In this document: positions 24,675 to 38,519 of the stretch, piece by piece
Position numbering within the stretch: the stretch's first letter is position 1
Layout of the letters: every line of letters starts with the position of its first letter
Source of the DNA: Tubulanus polymorphus
Lineage: Eukaryota; Animalia; Nemertea
Direction: 5' to 3'
DNA: 64,000 nt
NCBI RefSeq assembly: GCF_964204645.1
Contig: NC_134025.1
Location: 20,745,101 to 20,809,100 of the forward strand
Program-made: the position numbers and the translations under genes
Notes under the pieces: model-generated
Databases searched by the model: none
What the model was told of the DNA's origin: nothing
The model's input: the letters and a program-made list of their open reading frames with translations, nothing else

Positions 24675-25020
24675 CGAGAGAAATCCAACAATAAATTCAG
24701 CCAAAACGAGAAACTTGAATGAGTATACACATTTGCGCAACGTTTCGTTTCTATATTTCCCCAATAGTTTGCCTTTGCTTACTTTACTATTGTTTTCCAG
24801 CTGTTATGTCATTACTTCAATATATTCCCCTTTCAACATTTTAATCACTGACTCTGTTTCTATTGTTTTGGTCTTGTATAAATATCGTGTAATATTTCTC
24901 CTGTTCTCAGTACGCCTGATGATGGCTAATAGTCTTTAGCCGAAACGTTGCGCAAATATATATACTCTTGTATTCAAGTTTCTCGTTTTGGCTGAATTTA
25001 TTGTGGGATTTCTCTCATTG
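24675..25020. mobile_element. Penelope-type terminus with a long inverted duplication, containing a hammerhead
   Basis: Left arm GAGAGAAATCCAACAATAAATTCAGCCAAAACGAGAAACTTGAAT...ATTTGCGCAACGTTTCG is the reverse complement of about 24941-25017. Confidence 0.8.
24911..24954 (+). ncRNA. Minimal type I hammerhead ribozyme motif with CUGAUGA core
   Basis: TACGC-CTGATGA-T-GGCTAA-TAGTCT-TTAGCC-GAAA-CG-TT-GCGCA: perfect 6-bp stem II, AACGTT palindrome, GUU site, short imperfect stem I. Confidence 0.75.
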
Positions 25021-26330
25021 TATTAAGATGTTTCAATTTGTAAACAAAATGCGAAGTTGTTGTTGTAATGTAGAAAATAAAAACAGACTCATCAATGATA
25101 TAAACGAAACATAAACCTGTAAATGATGATGAAAAAAACCAGTTACAAAATTTGACCAATCTTGAATTTTGATTTACAATGACCCGATGTTGGCAAAAAA
25201 CGCTGACCAGACGTGCCTTTTTACGAAACACGATACTTTTCATTTTGTTTTGGTCACTAAACGATGCGCAACAGATGTGTTTTCACTGCGACCTTTCACG
25301 GATTCATCAGTCCCCGCTCGCCTTATAAAAACGTAGTTCGTGAACGATATTGTGCTATTTTTCCTGTTCACTGGAAGTCATGGGAAAACGGTGATATTGT
25401 GATATCGGCTAGGACGATTATAGTACCGCTATATTATTCTCGGTCGGTATTCCCACGCTTATAAAAAGGTCCACCGGATCAGCGAGTTGGATTTACTCGG
25501 GGATCGGGGTTTATTTTCGGATTCTATCAAAATTGTTTACAGGTGCTAAAACGTACTTACAATTGCGAGCCTATTGTTGTTTCTAATAGGTCCGCGTTCG
25601 TAAGCAGCTAGATTACGTGCGTGTTTTGTCTAAGCGTTTCATGAATAAGTACCCATTTGATGCGCTTCATTTGATTCGACAATTAATGCCACCACATAAT
25701 GATCGCCATTATGACGATTAACGATTGCGATCAAAATGGAGACTTCTGATAGCAGAATTGCCGTTATTCGCTCATCAGTCTCCTCAAACGACAGGTAGAA
25801 ATATGACGTGTGCACCGCGTATACATTTTTGGACAAAAGTCAAACACGCAAAATTTGAACGCGTGTGTTTCTAATACAAATGAGATCACGACACGACACT
25901 CATTGGTAATGATAATAATAACAATAATGATTATAACGATGTTTATTTTACGTAGCACTATTTCGATAGCGTACAATGCTTATACGATCCAGAGTAGACA
26001 ATGATATACATTATATGATGTGATATGTGTATATCGAAATATATTGAGCAATTCTGAACAGAGAGCTACACGTTTAAGCCTCTATTCTTAAAAACAGTAG
26101 ATGACTCGTTGAACTTTACTAATTCCACTCGTGTAGCCAAAAGATTTAGAACCAATATTCTTCGGCAGGATTGGTTTACACACGATTGACGGGGTCAGTC
26201 GGTTTTTTTATCATGAAAATAGAGTTAGGATCTTTGCTTACGTTCATCGGTCCAACATGAAAGTGTTCACTTAAAAGGCAGTCTTGATCTTCGATTTTCA
26301 AAATTGTCAATGCGAAATATGAAATATGGT

Positions 26331-27106
26331 ACACGGTAATAATGCCAGAAGAAAAATGCCAGAGGTAAAACTGCCAGGGGTGTAGAATTGCCAGAGGTAA
26401 AAATGCCAGAGGAAATAATGCCAGAAGAGTAAATTGATTCAACGATTATAGCCGCGATCACACGGATACGACTTGGGCAAAATTGGCACGGATCAGGCTC
26501 GGGCCAAATTTGGTCCTAATTGGCTAGGGCCTGGTCCGACGTTTTCGGTCGGGCCCATTTTGCACCCGTGTGAACAGTTGTTCCGGGCCATAATACCTAT
26601 AATTTTACCTAGAAATACGCTTTATCTGAACTGTGCAATCAATATGTAAACTCAGTGCATTCATTTGTTAATATTCATTAATTTAGAAATGAGTTATATA
26701 TCATGACTATGCTCGCTTTTTTATTTCAATTGTATAAGAATATGTGCGTTAATTTTTTAATTACCAATGATCTAAGAATATGTTGTATCTCAATATCATC
26801 TCGTGCGAATTCGAAAATCAATAATTTCAATGAATTTCTTGCTAATGTCAGACTTTAGTCTTAAATTTGTGATTCTCTTTATTTTATAGATTTGTCATTA
26901 ATTTTTTAAATTTTCATTATCATAGGAATATGTTATGCACCGTTTATCTAAACTGTGCATTCATTACGTTAAGTCTAGTGTAAATAAGAATATCAGATCC
27001 AATGTTAATAAATTCTTCGCTTAATTTTCCTCATGTTTCCTTCTGGCATTTTTACTTCTGGCATTATTACCTATGGCGTTTTTACCTCTGGCATTATTAT
27101 ACCTGG
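26331..27106. mobile_element. Foldback-type non-autonomous DNA element with subterminal ~16-20-bp TGCCAGA tandem repeats; contains a nested GGCACGGGCC-family element
   Basis: Six TGCCAG(A/G) units at 26340-26426 and inverted (T/C)TGGC(A/G)TT units at 27040-27100. TAGCCGCGATCACACG begins the nested insert at about 26449. Confidence 0.7.
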
Positions 27107-27199
27107 ATTCATAGTATAAAGAGAGTGAGAAGTTTGCGTAAACACGAAATTAATCTTGGAGCGATAAAATTAAAAGACACATTTTAGACTCCTGAAAAT

Positions 27200-27585
27200 C
27201 TTTTATAACTAATAATCGAATAAACTGAAATCTCTCTATATCTATCACTGATTCTAATCTACATTCATATTCACTATTGTAATATATGTATGTATAATTA
27301 CCCCCAAGTTTACTCCTCTTTTATTTAGCTTGTAACTGTTTGTATGTTCATTTTCCATTAGTTTGTATCACTGATTTGTATCTATTTCTGATTACTTGAT
27401 CAGTCTCTTTGTTCTGGATTGTTTATATATTTGAAAATTTCTCAGTATTCCTGAAGCTGACTATTAGAACATAGTCGAAACGTCGAATAAACTACTAGCT
27501 CAAGGAAACATTTTCAGATTCTCGTTATTATTGTTGGACGCTCTTTAAATTATCGTCACAACACGGATAACAGTGTCTTATTCAT
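27200..27585 (+). mobile_element. Penelope-type 3' terminus with a hammerhead motif carrying an A9-to-C change (27446-27489)
   Basis: TATTC-CTGAAGC-T-GACTAT-TAGAAC-ATAGTC-GAAA-CG-TC-GAATA, then the family tail TATCGTCACAACACGGATAACAGTG. Confidence 0.75.
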
Positions 27586-29146
27586 GGTGATGAAATATAC
27601 ATCCTTTCACCTTGTCTATTAACTCAACTCAATTGAAGTTCATTTCAAATAATTAGCTTCATGTTCTAGGTTATGCAATGGAATCTGTCTTTTTTTGATA
27701 CAACGGATAAAACGACGCATTCGGCTGCTGTGCGAATTTTTGCTGACACGAGTTATACTCTGGAGCTATTGCGAGGCACGCTGTTTATTCGGACATCAGA
27801 AACTTCCATAGATAACTTTTTATCCGGCGAAGGTCCACCACCACTAGAACCACCCATAATGCAGGGACGTATTCAGGGGGTGTCCAGACCCCTGCCTTCC
27901 TTGAGAGATGGCCTTTTTCAGATCATCATAACTTGCAGATTTGACGCTCATTCCCTCGGAATTTGCAACTTTTCGGTTGTACTCCTTCAAACATATCTAA
28001 AACCGAGGACAGAACCATGCAAAAGTAGAGCCCTAATTGAGGCATTTGACTGGAGGCTGGATTATTCGAGAGATGCATTTTCTTTTCTTCTGGACCCCAG
28101 CCTTCCAATTTTGATTGATTGTCGAAATGTCATGTTGTTCTAGCAAGATGTTTTCTTTGTTCTTCATGTAAAATTCAATTCGTTATATCATATTATTTCA
28201 TATCATTATCAGATGTTTATATAATTTACAAAGTCATTACATTCATTTGCCGATCGCGAGGAAGATCCTGACCGTCTATTCGTATATTACATATTCGTTC
28301 CCTTATTTAATCTAAGCTACAATTCCGAAAACCTTGATAAAGCGATGCCTCTCTAAATCAGCTGGCCAATCTCACTCCCTCGTCAAGGGGAACTGGGGTC
28401 TAACTCAAAACTGCAGTCAATTACTTAAATCGCCTAATATAAAAGCCACGGGCAGGTGATTAAACTATTTCACGTCATTGGATCGGCCCCGTTTTCACCC
28501 CATCCCGTGCCGTTTGAGCGCATCTGGATACTTTCACATAAATAAACACCAAAGAGCACCAAGATGACAATCCTTGAAAACCGTGTCACATAGTCTCCAG
28601 TCAATAAGTCTCTACTTTTCGCGCCGCACTTGAGACTGACGATGATTTTTCAAAGTGTATATTTTACTATCAATTATTTCAAACATGTGTGTTATATCGT
28701 TTTTTTTCAATTTCTATGAGTATGTGTGTATGTTTAGATGATACAGTCGATCATTTGAAGACTTACACCACCGTGGATTATATAGCAACAGCTGTCACAG
28801 ATTCCAAACAAGCTTTCAGGTTTTTTACGCGCATATCGGGGAATGATGGTCGAGCGCACCGAGCTTTGCGGAGTGAAATGCCCTTCCCAAATTTAGGTTT
28901 TATTCGCAAATATACAAAACCGTACAGGAGCAACGGCAAACGAGGGTAGGGAGGGTAGGGAGGGAACAATATAAGTACCACTCAGGTAGCGTGTTGCTAT
29001 GTCAGGTGAATTGGCCGTGATGAAACATTACGTTATTATTTCAAACCGATTTCTCAGATCGATCTTGTTCCAAACAAGATCCATAGATTTAAATGCTAGA
29101 AGTGAAAGACCGTTGGAACGGCCCCCACTAAATTGCTGATGGAATA

Positions 29147-29306
29147 CAACGAGGCGAAAAGTAGTTTATAGGTTAACTAGTTTATTTGACGCACGAGCTT
29201 TGTTTTTCCATATACTCATTCACCCGATGGAGCTACTATTCACTAGTAGCGAAAGCTAGTCAAATAAACTAGTTAAACTATAAAGTACTAATCGTCTTGT
29301 TGTATT
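29147..29306. repeat. Inverted-repeat (MITE-like) element
   Basis: AATACAACGAGGCGA...TTTATAGGTTAACTAGTTTATTTGAC mirrored by GTCAAATAAACTAGTTAAACTATAAA...TCGTCTTGTTGTATT. Confidence 0.65.
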
Positions 29307-29503
29307 TATTGACACCAGGCTAACACGGCCCCTCCACGATTTTTCTCTGGAAGAAAACCATAATTTTGCTTCATTTTCAGCGGCGCACGCGCGCTCTATT
29401 TATATTAAAATCCCACAAAAGCTTACAAATAAAGGGGATTATTACACACAAATTCGGGCCACATTTCTTTTCTCAATGAGACACGAAACAAATGATTAGC
29501 TAC

Positions 29504-29990
29504 ATATTTATTTATTTCCTGAATAATTTTCAAGAATAAATACCAAATTCACAAAATGACAATAGATAATTAATTTTTTTTTGCACATACATATATAAAC
29601 TGATGTAAAATAACAACAGGGCAACCAGAGAAAAGCAGAGCTTGAAATATCAGGCACCCTAAATACAGTAGCTTACTAATGACAAGTCCTGGACCGATAT
29701 CATGTTGCAGATCCTATGAGTTGAATCGTAATAATGTAACTGTGCAAGTAACAGTTCCACGCCTCTGAACCATCCCTCTTACATTTGAATGATATTGTAT
29801 TGATAAAAACTTGTTTTCATTGAAACAGTCAAAGTCGTTGTTTGAATATCTAACCCGGAGGCGATTACGATCTCTATTCCCACGTTTTGAGAGCACATTT
29901 TCAATTCTTTTGTTTTGTCTTCGCCAAAAAATACAAATTGTTTTGTAAATACTTATGAATTAACAACATGTTGCAGTTCCGCTTCACCAA
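29504..29990 (-). mobile_element. Decayed L2/CR1-type LINE 3' end
   Basis: Minus strand shows an RG...WN-like C-terminal remnant, a stem-loop AGGGTGCC...AAGC..GCTT...GGTTGCCCT and an (AAAT)n tail. Confidence 0.45.
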
Positions 29991-32218
29991 ATTAGACGGG
30001 AAATGACAAACCGACACAAAGTTTACTGTATCTGTACTATTTTGTGGGCGAAATATATCACGGGAAATTTGGTTTCGCATTCACACAGAACGTGTTGACA
30101 TAGCTGCTTTATTGTTATCTGTCGGTTCTGTTTCCATGAAATAACCATGTCGATTCTGTCCATGCGCGTAGCTTTCGGCGAGCAATGACAAAGGGTATAC
30201 ATACATATAAGTTGAACGACCACTCAAACGTGGAGAATTTGAATGTTAGGTAGAACCCGTCCCCCCCCCCCCCCTATGACTAAAATTGATACCTTGTTTC
30301 TCCAAATCGGCCGGGTCATTTTGTAAATCGTAATAAAATTTACAATCAGTTCACTTCCATAGATACCAGGTTTGTTGTTATGATAAGCCTGATCGTGACT
30401 TTTTTCTAGATAGGCGGCCGGCCGGGTCAACTTTTAAGCTCAGATTTTTATTCAAAATATTAAAAACTGATGCCACGTTGCTTCGAACTCGTTAGACGAT
30501 GATGATTAATCTAGCTTTTTAATTTTTATAATTTGTACAGTGTACAGAGTGAGGGGTTTTTCTCGTATGTTAAATACATATTCTTTAATGGGAATTTATT
30601 CTTTAATGTTTTGGGATGTCAAACTGGAAAAGTTCTCGACCTCCTCATGGTGTACGAGTGACCTCCTAATGGACGACCACTCCGGTTTAAATTATGTCCA
30701 TGGTGAAAATGTTGCGTTTAAAATTTTTAACCAAGGATAGTGTTCATGGGAATAAAAAATTGGACGCTTTTCAGTTTAGTTTATCTGTAGTTATGTAAAC
30801 AGTGTATCGAGTTTTGCAAACCAATAGGGTGCATTATTGATATCATGCGGTTTGTTAGAATGGCTACCATAAGCGTGGTCGGCACCCTGTCGGAATATCG
30901 ATATTGATCGACCGTTCGTACGGCGGCGTCCTGTATGCAAATGAGGTACGAGAAAGTCAGTACGCTAAAACAGCGAGTTTTCTCTAAAAAACCGCTTTGC
31001 TGCGCTTACGGTGAGCGTAGGTCGGACTTGCTTGGACGGACGGCTTGCGATTCACTGTGACCTACTAGCGTCTTGGGGTGATTGCTCGTAGCTGTGACGC
31101 AATTCACGCGATCACCAGCGAGACGATCGAACCGACCTGCGCGCCCTTTTGCAACTGGAAGAGACGAGATATTGGGATTCGAACCCACAATGGTAATGAG
31201 ATGCACTTAAAAGTTTTTAAATCGCTTTTCCGTAGGCTTCATAGAATTTCGTAATATCCTAGATCATCCTAAAATAAACATCTGAGTTTAAAGACCAGTC
31301 TTGCTACTTCTAAATAGCCTATAACATCGTTGACATCGCTAGGGATAGAAACATATCGGTGCGGATACGTTCAAACGATGCGCCATCTATGAAACGAAGT
31401 GAGCATAACGATGTGGACAAATTCTGACTGATCGATTCGTTGTCTAAATTTGATTTTCCAAATTATTATTTATGTCATCCCAATTGATTAAGAAACAAGT
31501 CTGCTATTTTTCTAGTGACACATAATTGGCCAGAAACCCGATTTTGCAATTCAAATAATTTCTTTTCATGTTTCCGACGAGATGTCTCGTCGGAAGATCA
31601 GAATCTTCATAAATCGAACGCAAGTCTTTTTCTAATTCGAAAATCACCACCATCTTCGTCGATTGACGACTTATAACTTATCATTAAAGATTCTGACGCT
31701 TCTCTATATTTCTAAATTTATGAATCGAACGTAGGCCCTATCTCTAATTCTAAATTCGAAAATCAAACGTCCCTTTTATGCATAAATCGAAAGTAAGTCT
31801 TCTTTTCAATTCAGGATTTTTTTTTTAAATGATATAATTCCACACGTATATATCTCTATTTTTCCTTGATTACAAAATCAGGTACATTTTTTTTATTCGA
31901 AAATCTATCGGAAACTGTTTTCATATTCTTTAAGAATGCCCCAGGATGGTAGTGTTTCATGCTTTTGGATGCATTTTTCAATAATCTTGCATTAATTGTG
32001 AAATGTATGATTTAATGAAGAAATTTCATTTTCTCATGATATCGGGGGAAAAATTACCTAATCGAGTTTCTGACGAGCTATATCTCATCAAAAAATACCT
32101 GAATTTCTCAATTCATAGAAAATTGTTTTTTTTTCTCGTGTCCTCGAGATTCACGGCAAAGATCAGGAATAAGGGCAGGCTTTGATTGAATGTATTCCAG
32201 TTTAGGAATTTCAATTTT

Positions 32219-32460
32219 GGGCCCAGTTGCTTAAAGGTTGGTTAAGTATAACCGAAGGATAAATACCATAGTAACAATGATGTTTTAATCGTCACTTTGT
32301 CAACTCTATCTTCTGGTTCACTCTAACCAACTTTTGATAAACTGACCCAGTTCCACAGATCTCAGTTAGAGTCAACTCTGAGTAAAAATTAGTTCATTTT
32401 CAATGGGTTAACCGTACCGAAGAATCAAATCTTGACTCAGAACTTTGGAACTGGGTCCTG
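32219..32460. mobile_element. Two abutting Harbinger-like MITEs
   Basis: 32219-32348 is homologous to 58919-59045. 32345-32460 (ACCCAGTTCCA...TGGAACTGGGTCC) is homologous to about 10190-10295, 44283-44397 and 54788-55185. Confidence 0.65.
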
Positions 32461-34590
32461 GATGATTACAAACTCTCTACCGGCACCAGGTTTAGTCCAG
32501 ATAATACTACTACGGAATAGGAATGGAGGTCAGGAGTGTACGTATCATGGTCGAAACGAACGCGCCAGAAGATCGGTGGACGAGACCGATATGTGTCAAT
32601 GATATAGACGTTCCTGAAAGCAAATACGGCCAGGAGTAAACATACAAAGTTTTAGAGTCCATAGTTTATCATACTAACGGCTTCGATTATTAACAGAAAT
32701 TAGTTTCCACTCGCGCCAAGCAGGAATGGCGTATTGACAGACTATAGGCCTACCATTTCACCGCGGCTTAGATATTTCCACTAATCCCTCCTCGCCTTTG
32801 TATAGCTTAATAAACATTGGCAGCAAAACGCGTTTTAGTTTATGCTTTCGCCACCCAGCGGTGGATTCTCTTTTGTGCGAAGTAATAGATCACGTCAACT
32901 CGCGAGTCGAGCAAAAACAGCGCCCGAACTGTCGTCATGTACGATCTGCGCGTCTCTCCTGATCAAAATGAGCTCACATAGGTAAGTGAAATTTGTCCGA
33001 ATGTATCTGCGAATGTTTCTGCGAATGACACGCTGGTTTAGCCATAAATTTTCGTTTTGTTTCGAGTTCTGTTTGAGACTGTGTGTATAGGATGATAAAT
33101 GGATGTCGGCGCAAACAAACCGCCCCGGATGAAATGATGTATAGCCGACATGGGTGATATATGGAAACGAACGCTCGGCCCAGTCAGGTTTCGTGAACTA
33201 ACCTATAATACATCAGCCGTACTATTAGCAGTAATTTATGTTTTTTTCGCTGTCAGACGTTTATATAGTTTACCGTTGATTGACCGGTTTATATTTATGA
33301 TTAGCGAAGCTGGTTGATTGATTTATGGCCGTCAATAAAAAGACTTTACTAGGCTTCTCGCGAATGAACTAATCGCATTTATCAGAAGTACTAAACGGAA
33401 AGAGTTTCGAAATTTATTGGCGTTTAATAGCTTAATGACGTTTTCCCACTTTTCGCCGGGACAAGTGTAAATAGTGTCAAGTGTAAAACGTCAGTTATTC
33501 AACACAGTGATTGAACATAATCGAACGTAATATTAAGATTATCGAAAATGTCTTTATGAAAGGTAGAAGACATCGGGACCTATTGGCATATATGCACCCT
33601 ATCCGTGACTAAATTTCTATCTATATAGGTCTAATCTAATATGTGTATTTGTGATTTTAAGATATAATTCCATGGAATTGGAAGGTTATGATTAACCTTT
33701 CGGAAGGTTATGATTTTTCAAAGGTCTCTCCATATATATTATTCATTTCAGTTTAGACATTTTTGAAAGTTAACGTTTATGCGTTGAAATATGCGTATAT
33801 ATATATATATACTTATGATTTCTAAAACGTTGTGTGTATTAAAAGGCGTGTACAGATGGCACGTTACATGCATTGGGGAGCATTAGCCAGTGAGAGAGTT
33901 CTCTGTTCAAGTTACATTCAGTTCCTGTCAAGAAATGACATATGTGATTTTAATTAGACGGCCTTTTTTCAACATAACTCTTTCATGGCGAGGTCGCATG
34001 TGGTCGTCTTATTACTAGCATGCAAATATAAAAGAGAGTGTACAACCGAGCGCGTCTCCGGCTTCCAAACAACCAGATCCATGAAATGAAGGAAATTTTG
34101 GCCGTGCTCCACATTAATTATATCGGAGACACGATCCGTCGTATAAAGTGATAAATTGCACCCAATCTGAGATATGTACTGTGTTATATATGCATGTCTA
34201 CTTTTCTCTCTTCGCTGTTTACTTGCTGTTTCTATTTATTTGGCATTTCAAAATCTTGAAAATGAAGTGCACTGCATATGTACGGTGTATAATGTACCGA
34301 AAGAACCTCTGCGTTACGAGGCAGTGCCAGGGACTGGGTGCGAAGGTCCTTGAGTGATCCAATAATTGTCACAACCCGGCTACGTGCTACTCTAGACGTA
34401 AACCAAGGTTGAGACTCCATAATATTTCCCAAACGCCCGAGAAACATTATGTCACCGCCACCAGATTCGATGCTAATTCAACGACTCACGATCATGGACT
34501 GCGAAATATCAAAGCTGGACTACAATACTGTACTACTTAACCGATTTATGGCTTAAAACGTTTGGCCAGCGCGCCAGGCCGGATGAAACA

Positions 34591-34836
34591 CATGGGCGGA
34601 TCCAAGGGGGGGGGATGCAGGGGTGCAACCCGTATAAGTGACCCTGAAATTTCACGGGAAAATGAATTGAACTGGTTCCTGGAAAAGTTTAAATTCGTAG
34701 GCTTGTTTTCTGTATATCCGAAAAGTTAATGTTTTTTTTTGCGATGAGCTTTCTTTCGGTGTGCACTTTTGATTATACGATGTGCCCTATTTTGGGGATG
34801 CACCCAGCCATGAATCGGACCCTTGATCCGCTCCCG
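34591..34836. mobile_element. MITE of the CA(G/T)GGGCGGATC family with a 5-bp TSD
   Basis: CATGGGCGGATC...GATCCGCTCCCG flanked by AAACA at 34586-34590 and 34837-34841. Confidence 0.7.
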
Positions 34837-37800
34837 AAACAATGGTGCCTTTACCGGAGGCGATTCTCCCAAGGTAAAACTGTGTCCAAATTTTGAAACG
34901 CCATGAACAGTTTGGGTTATATCGCATCTATCACAATGCAACGATTCTACTTCGCGTTCGCTCCTCTATGATTCAATGATTCAATTGAGCTCACCCACCA
35001 TGTGATTTGGACAAGTAATTTATCAAAATCCGATCGCAATTATTTTTGAATTGACGTTTATCCTCTCAGTCGTGCTCCGCACTGTTTGAGCACATCGGGG
35101 TAGACTTGAAACTAATCAGGAAAAGTTGTTTGAAGCTGCTGAAATGATGAACAACATACTGCGGTACGAGCGCGTTACAAGACTGGCAAAGGCGCTATTC
35201 TTATCTGCCCGAAAAAAGATTAGAACTTGTCAGTGCGTACATTTATCTTCGTTTCTTCTTAGCTGTGATGGATTAGATTTAAAGATTCTAATGTTCAACA
35301 TTCAATACACAGATAATTTATCAAGTTTTCGTATTTTCCTGGCCTCGTCTCTTCTTCGCGAATGAGGTCTTTACCCACTCGACATTTACTTCATGTCTTT
35401 CATCGAGAAATCATGAGAATACTTTCGTCGGATAGATTTTCAAAAGGTCTAGTTCATAAAAATATCCAGGCCCCTGCCTTCCCAATGAGGCTTTTCGACA
35501 GAGACAGACAGAGTTAGATAAAACCTATAAATCTGACACTCGTCCTCTCGGAATTTGCATCTTTTAGGCTTTTCTTCAATAAATTTCATAAATATATCTA
35601 ACCCTAGATTTAGGGTTCCCACTAGAGTTATTTGAAATGGCTGTTTTATCTGAGAATGCTTTTTCTTTTCTTCCGAACCCCGGCCTCCAATTTTCCTCGA
35701 TCCGCCTCTGTACGACAACGATTTTACAAACTGAGCGCAGAACGGCCAGTTGGCTTTTCCACGCGGTGGGCTCAAGGCCGTGCATCACGGTTTCTTCAAA
35801 ACATGGCATCCACGAGTTCATGGAAGGGGAAACTAAAACCCTTTATCGATATTCGTCGGTTGTTTTGTAAACGTAACGTGTGTATACATATGAAAGTAAA
35901 GCGGAATTGTTTCTAAGATGAAGATGTTATGACCGGAATTTGTACGTGTTCCTGTCTATCACTAATAACCGGCATCTGCACACCATCCAAACTGAGCGTG
36001 ATTATATAGAGAACTAAAAGGGTACGTGTACAACTGGGAGCAGGGAAAACATCGCGCGGGCACCCGGTCGTCGCTCAGTGCCTGAATGATAAATTGCTTT
36101 TTAAACCGTTATGCGTCGAATTTCGAGTGGAAATAATTCATAAAGGCGAAATGTAACGATTCAAAGTTGTCGTGTCGCTCATTTGGCGAATTGCATTATC
36201 CGAATCCAGTTGTCACTAGTACAATTCTAATATATACATGTATATACACTTTATTTCGAAAACATATTGCGAATTTTTTGGAAAATGTCGAATGCGCAAA
36301 ATTATTTAAAAAAACGTATCAAGTTTTAGTATCTGATCAAGCCTAAATACATCACATTTATAGTCGGCAGTAAAATTATATTTACAGAAAACTTGTGCAA
36401 TATAAATCATCCACTATGAGTTTTGAGATGCAACAATCAATCCCTGCTTAAGTCATCGCCGGCGTTAATCTAGTCTCAGCCGGACGTAGAGCCATCGCTT
36501 ACTCCGACCCAGTACTCCGGAATACTTTACCTAGTCCTTCAAACGATGTTTTTGAATCTAATCTCAAAGCCATTTGTTCATGAAAGCTGTTAATTAAACT
36601 CGTTTTAGTTTTCTATGTTCTCTTTTCATATATGTCGATGTGTTTATTATGGATTTCATAGGCTGAATAAATTAACATTGTTATCATTATTATTACTATT
36701 ATTATTATCATTTTTATCATTATTGTTATTATCATTATTATCAGGGAAGCGTTGCAAGCGTTGACCATGCAGGGAAGCGTTGCAGGATGAGTGTATGAAA
36801 CCTTTATAGCAAGGAAATATCACAAGGTTTTCAAAAAACTTAGAATCGGAAAAAATTGAGCGTTTGTTATTATATATAATATATGTATATTATCAGTTTT
36901 ATATTTCATGACCAGCGACGATAAGTCGATAGTTTGAAATCAGTCAGTTAGGCATTATATAATCTCGGATGTTATTTCTCCATATCGCATCGTGTGCTGC
37001 TTTAAATTTTTATACATAGCGCGATAAGGGAAAATATGGAAATGATGGCATAATCTGCGTGTTTACTATTAATGGATTTCATTAATCATCCGCTGACCCA
37101 AGAGTGATCCCAGATTCTTGGCTACAAAGCCCACGAGAACGTACCTCGTGTGTCATAGTCATCCAGAAAAACGCCCCGCAGTCAATAGAAAAAGTTCGCA
37201 AAGAGAAAAAACCGACGACAATCTAGTGTTGTATATAGATTCGGCTGTGTTCACTGAATTCGTGCTAAGATCGTACTCCGTAAGCCACTCCGTATTTGAA
37301 ATTATGAAACACTGTCGTTCATTCGACTGCATTCTAGTTACGTGCAAATCATTTGCTGACATTCGGACCGGTTCCCGTAATGGATCTAACAGCAACGTTG
37401 TTAAACGTACTGACGAAGATGCTACTAATCGCCCTACGAATTCGATTGAGAGTTAGAATCGTTGGGCAAGTTAGACAGTCATGGCTTAAGTCCATATGTA
37501 TAGTCATAAAGTTTGAGACTGTTTTAGATTGGCTATAGAACTAACATGGCCTTAGACTAAAGTCTAAGATATGCCATAATTACGTAATTGGCCCCTGCTT
37601 TAAAGCTAGTGCTTAATTTTTCGAATGTTTTTTTCCGCCCGAAATTTTTATGGGGCCTTTCACGTTTTATGTAGAGTTTTTCGAATGAAAAAAGGCTCTA
37701 CAGCTCGAATGTGCTGATGGAGTTCAATACTATCGTACGACCATGCACTCTAAGGAGTCTATGGTACGACAATAGTGGTACGACAAAAATACGTATCACG

Positions 37801-38519
37801 TGACATCGGCAATATCATCTAAGTCTCACATTTTCCAGGGTCTTTTACCCACAGTTCACACATGAAAGTACCTAGAATTTTGCTTGAGTCGATTTATGAA
37901 AATTGCTGGCTTTCGGTGCCTTGTGAAGAGGTTTTTGATGATCTTTTCCCTTTTGAATTATTTACATCGTATTCCATTATTAACCATTACATTACCTTCC
38001 ATATGTAAAAGGGATTCGCTAACCCCAAACTTCCTACGACCGTGTACAAGCATCCCATTAAAATGGAATCTTTTTCGGTTATTGCGCGCAGCATTATTCT
38101 TATCGTGCATTTGAGATAAATGTATATATACAACCTATCTTTCAAGTATATAGACATTTGAAAAAGTGTTATAAATACTACTTGAAATACCCTTCAAACT
38201 GACACACTGGTGACTGAATGAGATATACCTTACACATCTTTTAATCTTCTGTTTATGTAAACGCTTCTTGATTTTGAGCACTTTGCGCTTGGTTTGTGGG
38301 TTATCGCTATTTCAGGTGTAAATTTCTACAAAATAGCGAAAATACGTCGATAAAAAGGTTTAAAGGTTAATATTTGGGAGGATATACAAAATTGCCCGGT
38401 CGAGTGCTGTGTATATCTATACGTATTAGGAAAGTCCGGTTTGTAAAATCATAAATCGTAAATCGAAAACGTATGCATATATAATTTTTTTTCTGCGATT
38501 TTTTCAGATGATGTGAACA

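Noticed and set aside
26331-26430. Regularly spaced short repeats resembling a CRISPR array (also 3051-3390 and 42690-42930)
   Set aside because: Eukaryotic context, degenerate units without unique spacers and no cas genes; explained as MITE subterminal repeats.
27673-28143. 156-aa plus-strand ORF
   Set aside because: Runs through a CAGGG(G/A)CG-family MITE fragment and has no protein-like motif.
31100-31135. Paired GATC motifs suggesting 7SK RNA
   Set aside because: No recognisable 7SK 5' end or 3' stem; too little evidence to name it.
31170-31200. Possible tRNA gene
   Set aside because: Only a B-box/T-arm-like piece; no acceptor stem, D arm or anticodon arm.
31572-31595. 11-bp-stem palindrome TTCCGACGAGA-TG-TCTCGTCGGAA (similar hairpins at about 20236 and 37730)
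   Set aside because: Short isolated hairpins with no supporting context in a repeat-rich genome.
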